A DNA stretch of 64,000 nt from Candidatus Thalassarchaeaceae archaeon. Its GTDB lineage: Archaea; Thermoplasmatota; Poseidoniia; Poseidoniales; Thalassarchaeaceae. The notes below the pieces were generated by a model. It did not search any database, was not told the DNA's origin, and saw nothing but the letters and a program-made list of their open reading frames with translations. The stretch covers positions 34,363-98,362 of the forward strand of contig JAJPRE010000002.1 in the NCBI GenBank assembly GCA_023700245.1. Direction: 5' to 3'. Positions 40,717-48,272 of the stretch are shown here, in pieces; the first letter of the stretch is position 1; every line of letters begins with the position of its first letter. A program made the position numbers and the translations under genes.

Positions 40717-42165
40717 CTATGCTGAATGAATTGCATGACCGAGAGTTTTCATAACACTTTCATGGAATGATTCCGTCATTGTTGGATGTGCATGGACCGT
40801 ATCTGCAATATCTTCCAATAATGCACCCATCTCTAAAGCTAAAATAAATTCCCCACTTAATTCTGCTACGTGACTCCCTACGGCTTGAATTCCTAGTATC
40901 ACATGATCCTCTTTTCTCGCTACTACTCGTACAAAGCCTCCAGTTTTTTCCGCCTCAAGAGTCAATGCTCTTCCATTGGCGGCTAAGGGGAATTTGCCTA
41001 TTATTACATTTTCGCCTCTATTTTTGGCTTGTTCTGGATCCAGTCCCACAGAAACAATTTCAGGTTCTGTAAAAACTATTGCTGGAATGGCAATTTTATC
41101 GAATGCTCTATTTTTTCCAGCAATAATTTCTGCCACCATTTCTCCTTGTGCACTTGCTTTATGCGCCAACATTGGTTCTCCTGCTACATCTCCAATTGCA
41201 TAAACTCCAGGGGCGGAGGTCCGGCATTGTCTATCAATCCTGATGAAATTTCCAGATGTATCCATTCTAATTCCCATATTTTCTATTCCCCAACCTTTTG
41301 AATTAGGCCTTCTACCTACTGTGACCAATATTTTATCTACTTTTAATGTATAATTCTTATCATTTTTATCAAAATTAAGATTTACTTTTCTCGATGCCCC
41401 CTTTCCTTTTATTTCTGCACCCCTTGCTAACGCATTAGTATGAATTGTGACTTTATGCCTTTTAAGCCATATTTCCAATGGGCGTCGAATTTCTTTATCC
41501 ATAATTGACAGTATATTATCCATTCCTTCTACTATTGTTACTTCCGAACCCAATTTAGTTAATGCACAACCTAATTCTAATCCTATATATCCTCCTCCAA
41601 CGATTGCAACACTCTTCGGTAGTTTATTCAAACTTAGTGCACCACTCGAAGAGAGTATGAATTCTTCATCACATGGCATAAATGGTAGGTCTATGTGGCT
41701 TGATCCAGTTGCAATGATAATATTTTCTGCTTCTATGGTAATTTCACCATCTTCCGTATCGACTATGCATCTCTTTGCTTCAGTAAATTTTGCCCAACCT
41801 TTGATTACTTCCACTCCTGCATTCTTGAGCAGAGCATCGACTCCATTGGTTAATTTATTTACTATGGCATCTTTCCAATTTGTTAATTCAGCCATATCTA
41901 ATTTTGCAGTTCCTTCTACTGTTAATCCCATATGACCTTCTTTTACACTATGTTTTTGAAGTGACTCAAATCTTTCTGCAGCATGAATTATTGCCTTACT
42001 TGGTATGCAACCGACATTTAAACAAACACCTCCTGCCCTATTTCCCTCAATTATTATGGTATCTAGGCCCAATTGACCTGCTCTAATTCCTGCAACATAT
42101 CCTCCAGGGCCCGCTCCAATTATTAGGACTTTACATTTACGAATTTCCGCCATATTATCCCTCAT
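40717..42165 (-). CDS. lpdA: Dihydrolipoyl dehydrogenase (E3)
   Basis: IGAGPGGY, GGVCLNVGCIPSK, GGGYIGLE, HAHPT. Confidence 0.96.
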   Translation of the reverse strand: MRDNMAEIRKCKVLIIGAGPGGYVAGIRAGQLGLDTIIIEGNRAGGVCLNVGCIPSKAIIHAAERFESLQKHSVKEGHMGLTVEGTAKLDMAELTNWKDAIVNKLTNGVDALLKNAGVEVIKGWAKFTEAKRCIVDTEDGEITIEAENIIIATGSSHIDLPFMPCDEEFILSSSGALSLNKLPKSVAIVGGGYIGLELGCALTKLGSEVTIVEGMDNILSIMDKEIRRPLEIWLKRHKVTIHTNALARGAEIKGKGASRKVNLNFDKNDKNYTLKVDKILVTVGRRPNSKGWGIENMGIRMDTSGNFIRIDRQCRTSAPGVYAIGDVAGEPMLAHKASAQGEMVAEIIAGKNRAFDKIAIPAIVFTEPEIVSVGLDPEQAKNRGENVIIGKFPLAANGRALTLEAEKTGGFVRVVARKEDHVILGIQAVGSHVAELSGEFILALEMGALLEDIADTVHAHPTMTESFHESVMKTLGHAIHSA

Positions 42166-43454
42166 ATAAATATTAAAGCAGGATTTTCTAACATTCTCTT
42201 CAAATGTTGAATCAATGATGCGCCATCTGCTCCATCTACAACTCTGTGATCAAATGAACTAGAAACATTCATGATTCTTCTGATAATTATCTGCCCATTC
42301 ATAACTACTGGCATTTCTCTTGCTTTATGGACTCCTAATATTGCTACTTCTGGATGATTAATTATCGGAGTAGCACCTAAACCTCCATCTCTTCCTAAAC
42401 TAGTGATAGTAAAGGTTGATCCTCCTAACTCGTCTAAGCTAGCAGTTCCTTTTCGGGCAGCTCCAGATACTCTTTGCATTTCCGATGCAGTGGTCCAAAT
42501 ATCCATGGTTTCAACATTTTTCACAACTGGCACATATAAACCTCTGTCTGTTTGGGTTGCAATTCCTAAATTTATTCCACTATGCCTACTTACAATATTT
42601 ACATTATCATCGAATATTGCATTACATTCTGGATGATCTGGCATTATTTTAGATAACGCCATCATTATGAATGGTAAGTATGTTAATTTAGGTTGAGTAT
42701 CATCTCTGGAGTGATTTAAATTATTTCTTAATTCTTCTAATTGAGTTACATCAATTTCTTCAAAATATGAAAAATGAGGTATCGTTCTTTTACTAATTAC
42801 CATTTGTTCAGCAATCTTCCGTCTTAATCCTACAATTTTGACTTCAGTTATTGCTTCTCTTTTAGTATTATGATTATTATTAATGAAGCCAGATGTTACT
42901 CCTTTAGTAGCGATATTTACATCTAAATCTGCATGCCTTATTCTTCCAGCGGGGCCGGATCCAATGATATTTACTAAATTTATCCCTGCCTCTCTTGCCC
43001 TCCGTCTCACTGCCGGACTTGCCAAAATTCTCTCATTATATCTCACATCATTTGGAATTTCAGATTCTACTGAATTTACTCTTGCTGGTGATATAGTCTC
43101 AGTTTTAGGTAAAACTTCAGGTTCCGGTAAAACTTCAGGTTCCGGTAAAACTTCAGGTTCCGATTCATCCGTAGGTCCTGTTGTGGAATCTCCCTCCAAA
43201 TTTTCATCAGAATTTTCTGAATCAAAACTTATCAACGTAGTTCCAACTGGCACCATATCTCCAATGTCTCCACTCAATGATAATACTGTTCCATCCACTG
43301 GAGATGGTATAGTAACAGTTGCTTTATCTGTCATGATATCTACAACTGGATCATCTTCCTTTACTGCATCTCCAATTGATACATGCCACTCAACTATTTC
43401 TCCTTCAACTACTCCTTCTCCTATATCGGGAAGTTTAAATTCATATTTCGCCAT
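42162..43454 (-). CDS. bkdB: Dihydrolipoamide acyltransferase (E2) of branched-chain 2-oxoacid dehydrogenase
   Basis: Lipoyl domain LPDIGEG..TDKA, ASPAVRRRA..GSGPAGRI, FDHRVVDG. Confidence 0.9.
   Translation of the reverse strand: MAKYEFKLPDIGEGVVEGEIVEWHVSIGDAVKEDDPVVDIMTDKATVTIPSPVDGTVLSLSGDIGDMVPVGTTLISFDSENSDENLEGDSTTGPTDESEPEVLPEPEVLPEPEVLPKTETISPARVNSVESEIPNDVRYNERILASPAVRRRAREAGINLVNIIGSGPAGRIRHADLDVNIATKGVTSGFINNNHNTKREAITEVKIVGLRRKIAEQMVISKRTIPHFSYFEEIDVTQLEELRNNLNHSRDDTQPKLTYLPFIMMALSKIMPDHPECNAIFDDNVNIVSRHSGINLGIATQTDRGLYVPVVKNVETMDIWTTASEMQRVSGAARKGTASLDELGGSTFTITSLGRDGGLGATPIINHPEVAILGVHKAREMPVVMNGQIIIRRIMNVSSSFDHRVVDGADGASLIQHLKRMLENPALIFI
43108..43161. repeat. Perfect 3 x 18-bp tandem repeat in the E2 linker (EPEVLP-type unit x3)
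   Basis: GGTAAAACTTCAGGTTCC repeated three times exactly. Confidence 0.95.
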
Positions 43455-43455
43455 A

Positions 43456-44466
43456 TCATTCCTCCTGTGTTTTTTTAATCGCGTCAATTATTCGTGCCGG
43501 ACTAGGCATATAATCCCACTCTGTAGTATGAGGGAAAGGGGTATCCCACCCTGCTACTCTTTCTATGGGGCTTTCCAAATTGTAAAAACATCTTTCTTGT
43601 ATTGATGCCGATATTTCAGACCCAAAACCACTGGTCTTAGGGGCTTCATGAACTATGACGCATCTGCCGGTTTTCTTTACAGAATTTACTATAGTTTCCT
43701 TATCCCATGGAATAAGGGTCTGTAGATCTATCAATTCACAACTAATTCCTGAATCTTTAATTGCCTTTTCTGCTACATGCACCATCGTCCCCCATGCTAT
43801 TACGGTACAATCAGTCCCTTCTTTTGCAATTCTAGCCTGACCCAGTGGAATCTTATAGTGCGTCTCAGGAACTTCGGCTTCCGAGTGTCCTTTCCACGTA
43901 GGTACATTATGGGGGTCGCCATAAAATGGCCCCCGATAGCATCGTTTTGGTTCAAAAAATATTACTGGGTCATTGGATTCAATGGCGCTAATTAATAATC
44001 CTTTTGAGTTATATGGCGTGGAGCAATAGACTACTTTTAATCCCGGTGTATGAGTAAACTGTGATTCCGGTGACTGAGAGTGGTGATGTCCTCCTCTAAT
44101 CCCTCCACCTGCTGGTGTGCGAAATGTAACTGGGCACCAAAATTCTCCACCCGACCTATGTCTAACTTTTGCTATTTCATTAACTATTTGGTCATAAGCA
44201 GGGAATATATAATCTGCAAACTGAATTTCTACTACTGGCCTTAATCCATTTATCCCCATTCCAAATGCTGTTGCAGCTATGCCTCCCTCTGATAATGGTG
44301 AATCAAAAACTCTATGTTTCCCAAATTTACTTTGCAACCCATCACTTGTTCTAAAAACGCCACCAAAATATCCTATGTCTTCGCCAAATAAAATCACATC
44401 TGAATCTTTTTCTAGCATATTACTAAGTGCGCTATTAACTGATTGTACCATGTTCATTTCAACCAA
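43456..44466 (-). CDS. bkdA2: Branched-chain 2-oxoacid dehydrogenase E1 beta
   Basis: GEDIGYFGGVFR, EIQFADY, GGGIRGGHHHSQSPE, FFEPKR, WDTPFP. Confidence 0.9.
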   Translation of the reverse strand: MVEMNMVQSVNSALSNMLEKDSDVILFGEDIGYFGGVFRTSDGLQSKFGKHRVFDSPLSEGGIAATAFGMGINGLRPVVEIQFADYIFPAYDQIVNEIAKVRHRSGGEFWCPVTFRTPAGGGIRGGHHHSQSPESQFTHTPGLKVVYCSTPYNSKGLLISAIESNDPVIFFEPKRCYRGPFYGDPHNVPTWKGHSEAEVPETHYKIPLGQARIAKEGTDCTVIAWGTMVHVAEKAIKDSGISCELIDLQTLIPWDKETIVNSVKKTGRCVIVHEAPKTSGFGSEISASIQERCFYNLESPIERVAGWDTPFPHTTEWDYMPSPARIIDAIKKTQEE

Positions 44467-45711
44467 CTATTCCACCTTCCATTTATTCATTTCATCCCAT
44501 TGTTCTTGCAAGTGCCATGGTACACTTTCATAAACTTCTGTAAAGATTGTATCTGATGATGGATATGGGCCATTAGCCAAATCTCCATGTTTAACGGCTT
44601 CTTTGTATGCTAAAATGACTTCTGCATCTATCTCATTCTCTAATTGTAAATGCTTTTTATCTGTCCAATCATAATTTTTTATTAGGTGTAATTTTAATCT
44701 TTCTATTGGATCTCCACCGGGCCAAAATTCATGTTCATTTGAGGGGCGATATCTAGACGGGTCATCACTACTACTATGCGCCCCAGCCCTATATGTCAAA
44801 ATTTCAATGTGTGTTGCACCTAATCCGATTTTGGCTCGTTCTCTGGCCCACTTAGTAACCGAATATAATGCCAAAAAGTCATTTCCATCTACTCTGAAGC
44901 AGGGTATCTCATATGCAAGTCCTCTACTAGCAAAATTTGTTGAGCCACTCGCCATATTATAGTGAGTAGAAATCGCCCAATGATTATTTACTACATTTAA
45001 GATAACTGGTGCTTTATAGACACTAGCAAAATTAAGTCCGTAGTGATAATCGCCTTCTGCAGAAGCACCATCGCCAATCCAAGTAATAGTAACTTCATTC
45101 AATTGTTTATATTTTGATGCAAGAGCTACTCCAACTGCCTGACTAAATTGAGTACCTACTGGGCTAGAAATTGAAATAAATCTACCCTTTTTGTAAGTAT
45201 AATGAACTGGCATCTGCCTACCCTTTACATTATCTTCAACATTACCAATACAATGGCATATCATGCTAACCATACTTCTACCTCTAACAAATTGAGCACC
45301 TGGCTGCCTGTAAGTTGGAAATATCCAGTCTTGCTCCTCTAACGCCATAGTTTGTGCTATTGCTATACATTCTTCCCCCAATGATTGCATGTAAAAAGAT
45401 AATTTTCCAGTTCTCTGCATTTTCATCATTCTATCGTCAAAAATACGTAATCTCACCATATGTTTTAATCCTTGTAATATTTCTTTGTAATCCAGATTTG
45501 GATCCCAATCTCCATATGCCATTCCTTCGTCATCTATTACTCGAACTAGCCCTCTGGCATGGGCAGATGTTTCTTCTGATTCACAGTCAATTGGGGGTTT
45601 TTTCAGATCTCCAGGAGTCCATTTCCATTTATCAAAAACTGGATTATCTCCAGGTCTAAATGGGGCATCAGGAATATGAATGGTGATATTTCCTTCCTCC
45701 TCGCTTGACAT
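44467..45711 (-). CDS. bkdA1: Branched-chain 2-oxoacid dehydrogenase E1 alpha
   Basis: QRTGKLSFY, KGRQMPVHY, TPP motif GDGASAEGD...NNHWAIST, YRAGAHSSSDDPSRYR. Confidence 0.9.
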   Translation of the reverse strand: MSSEEEGNITIHIPDAPFRPGDNPVFDKWKWTPGDLKKPPIDCESEETSAHARGLVRVIDDEGMAYGDWDPNLDYKEILQGLKHMVRLRIFDDRMMKMQRTGKLSFYMQSLGEECIAIAQTMALEEQDWIFPTYRQPGAQFVRGRSMVSMICHCIGNVEDNVKGRQMPVHYTYKKGRFISISSPVGTQFSQAVGVALASKYKQLNEVTITWIGDGASAEGDYHYGLNFASVYKAPVILNVVNNHWAISTHYNMASGSTNFASRGLAYEIPCFRVDGNDFLALYSVTKWARERAKIGLGATHIEILTYRAGAHSSSDDPSRYRPSNEHEFWPGGDPIERLKLHLIKNYDWTDKKHLQLENEIDAEVILAYKEAVKHGDLANGPYPSSDTIFTEVYESVPWHLQEQWDEMNKWKVE

Positions 45712-45754
45712 ATACTAACCCCAGCCTCTTAGTTATAATATATTCTTTGGAAAA

Positions 45755-46804
45755 CTAATTTCCAAATTGACCCTCATAAAGAACATTACTTATTGCTGAT
45801 CCGTTTTTATCCAAAGTTGATACGCGTCCTCTTCCTTCCGATTCTTCCCATTGTAAACCTGCCCTGTAGGAAGATCTTACTAATGGGCCACTCGCAACAG
45901 CAGAAAAACCCATTTTTCTCGCTTCATAATCATATTTTGCAAATTGACTAGGGTTAGGAAATCGGGATACAGGTAGATGTTTGATACTAGGCTGAAGATA
46001 CTGCCCAAGAGTAATCATATCTACTCCAATATTTCTTAATTCCTTCATTGCTTCGATAACTTCATCATCATTCTCGCCCAATCCAACCATTATACTCGTT
46101 TTGATTTTAATATCAGGTCGTAATTTTCTTGCCTCAGAAAGTATTTTTAGTGATTGTGAAAAAGATGCTCGAGGATCTCTAACTTTGGAATCTAGGCGTC
46201 GTACGCACTCTACATTATGAGCAAAAACTTTGATCGGCAATTCATCTAATAACATATTTAATGCCTTTAAATTACCATCTAAGTCAGAACATAAAAGTTC
46301 CAATCCTACATTCGGAGTAGTATTTTTTACTGAAATTATGCAGTCTCTGTAGTGATTTGCACCTCCATCTTCTAAATCATCTCTATTGACAACAGTGATA
46401 ACTGCATAATCTAGATCCATTCTTCTAATGGCATCTGCCAATTCTCGTGGTTCGTCTTTATTTAATTTTTCAGGATTTTTTACTGTGCCAACTGCACAAA
46501 ATTTACATCCTCTAGTACAAACTTCTCCAGCCACCATAAATGTGGCAGTACCTCTGCCCCAACAATCATGAATATTAGGGCATCTAGCTTCCTCACAAAC
46601 TGTATTCAAACCATGCTCACGAACATTATTTCTAGCCTCATTAAATCTTTCTTGAGCCTTCCCTACAGGTAATGAGGTCTTGAACCATTCAGGAAGTCTT
46701 TTTCTATTCATTTTCCTTCTTTCTAATGCAGTAAGATTAGATTTATCTAGGACTAATATGTCTTCTGATGTTTGCGACTCAATTGTTGGTAGTCGCGGCA
46801 CCAT
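45755..46804 (-). CDS. lipA: Lipoyl synthase
   Basis: TVCEEARCPNIHDCW, CTRGCKFC, HNVE, GQYLQPS, VRSSYRA. Start moved to ATG 46804. Confidence 0.95.
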   Translation of the reverse strand: MVPRLPTIESQTSEDILVLDKSNLTALERRKMNRKRLPEWFKTSLPVGKAQERFNEARNNVREHGLNTVCEEARCPNIHDCWGRGTATFMVAGEVCTRGCKFCAVGTVKNPEKLNKDEPRELADAIRRMDLDYAVITVVNRDDLEDGGANHYRDCIISVKNTTPNVGLELLCSDLDGNLKALNMLLDELPIKVFAHNVECVRRLDSKVRDPRASFSQSLKILSEARKLRPDIKIKTSIMVGLGENDDEVIEAMKELRNIGVDMITLGQYLQPSIKHLPVSRFPNPSQFAKYDYEARKMGFSAVASGPLVRSSYRAGLQWEESEGRGRVSTLDKNGSAISNVLYEGQFGN

Positions 46805-46899
46805 TGTTGTGTCGAGTAGACGTTGAAAGTTAACCATTATCATATCTATTCTATGAATTAAACTAAAAGTAGTAAAAAGCAACTGATACTCGGTAAACT

Positions 46900-47661
46900 A
46901 TGGAAAGAGGTACAGTATTAATTACGGGGGCATCAAAAAGAATTGGCAGGGCCATTTCCTTAATGCTTGCATCCGAAGGATATTCAATCGCAATTCATTA
47001 CAATAATTCACATCAAGCAGCACTTGAATTATCAAATAAGATAAAATTTGAAGGAGGTAATTCTGAAATTTTTCATGCCGATCTTTCGAATTCAGACTCT
47101 GCATCAAATCTAATTAATGATGTTAAATCTAGACTTGGTACAATTTCCGGGTTAGTTAATAATGCATCTATGTTTATTTATGATGATATCTCAAATTTAA
47201 CCTCAAATTTATGGGATTCGCATATGAATATTAATGCCAAAGCGCCTGCTTTACTCATTAAAGAACTATCAAAAGCAACTCAAAATGATAAAAGAGCATC
47301 GGTCGTAAACATCCTCGATCAGAAGATTGCTAACCCATCTGCGGACCACATATCATATACTGCATCTAGATATGCATTATTGGGGTTAACTGATGCTCTT
47401 GCTCGTGGCCTAGCCCCTAATATAAGAATCAATGCAGTAGCTCCTGGGCATACGATGCCTAGTGATGATCAATCTACAATTGGCTTTAATAAAGCTCAAA
47501 ATGAGTCTCCTTTAGGTTTTGGGCCAAGCCCAAATGATATAGCTGATGCAGTATCATTTTTAATAAATGCAAGGGCAATAACTGGTCAAATTATCTACGT
47601 GGATTGTGGAGAAAGATTCTTGTCAAGGAAGCGAGATGTTCTATTTGAAACGGAGGATTAA
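46900..47661 (+). CDS. SDR oxidoreductase, pteridine reductase/FolM-like
   Basis: TGASKRIG, IHYNNS, VNNAS, NILD, YTASR (YxxxR variant), ITGQIIYVDCG; adjacent to folB. Confidence 0.8.
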   Translation: MERGTVLITGASKRIGRAISLMLASEGYSIAIHYNNSHQAALELSNKIKFEGGNSEIFHADLSNSDSASNLINDVKSRLGTISGLVNNASMFIYDDISNLTSNLWDSHMNINAKAPALLIKELSKATQNDKRASVVNILDQKIANPSADHISYTASRYALLGLTDALARGLAPNIRINAVAPGHTMPSDDQSTIGFNKAQNESPLGFGPSPNDIADAVSFLINARAITGQIIYVDCGERFLSRKRDVLFETED

Positions 47662-47663
47662 TT

Positions 47664-48059
47664 GTGATAAAGAATAAAATATTTACACATAATATTAGCG
47701 ATGATGAATCATATGATATAATTTTCATGGAAGATGTAATAAGAAATATTGATATTGGAATACACGATTATGAAAAAGGTGTTCTTCAGAGAGTGAGCTT
47801 TGACCTATATGTTAAGATATCTATGTCAAATAATATATTTGATGATGATATTAATAATGTTCTTAATTACGAATATCTTATAAAAATATTAGATTCAATA
47901 ATTGATAATAATAGATTTTCTCTTCTTGAGACTTTGGGCAAATGCATTATGGACGAAGTATTGTCTCCTAATCAAGTCCAAGGTGCTACGTTAGTAATAT
48001 CAAAAATAGATATTTTAAAATCTGGAAAAATAGGATATTCCATGTCTAGAAATAAGTAA
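47664..48059 (+). CDS. folB: Dihydroneopterin aldolase (bacterial FolB type)
   Basis: IGIHDYEK..QRVSFD, DDINNVLNY, LLETL, conserved late Lys (ISK). Confidence 0.8.
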   Translation: MIKNKIFTHNISDDESYDIIFMEDVIRNIDIGIHDYEKGVLQRVSFDLYVKISMSNNIFDDDINNVLNYEYLIKILDSIIDNNRFSLLETLGKCIMDEVLSPNQVQGATLVISKIDILKSGKIGYSMSRNK

Positions 48060-48071
48060 TTATTCATAAAA

Positions 48072-48156
48072 TGGTGCTGGGAGTGGGATTTGAACCCACG
48101 AAGGCCTTGCCACCGGAGCTTAAGTCCGGCCCCTTTGACCGCTCGGGTATCCCAGC
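48072..48156 (-). tRNA. tRNA-Leu (anticodon UAA), intronless, encoded CCA
   Basis: Reverse complement GCTGGGATACCCGAGCGGTCAAAGGGGCCGGAC-T-TAA-GCTCCGGTGGCAAGGCCTTCGTGGGTTCAAATCCCACTCCCAGCACCA; long variable arm, discriminator A. Confidence 0.96.
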
Positions 48157-48272
48157 AGGCTTAGCGCCGAGGCTTCCTGCTTTGAATCGAACTGATAATT
48201 TAATGCAATATTTGATGCATATGTAGTACTATTGTCCCGAACGTTTTAACAATCTGATTATATCGGACAGGT

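Noticed and set aside
43108..43161. Tandem repeat as a CRISPR-like array
   Set aside because: No spacers, lies in frame inside a CDS, no cas genes.
42883..43605. 240-aa ORF with GKTSGS repeats resembling P-loops
   Set aside because: Antisense reading of the E2 linker tandem repeat.
46805..48272. Integrated mobile element at tRNA-Leu
   Set aside because: No integrase and no duplicated tRNA 3' end found by eye.
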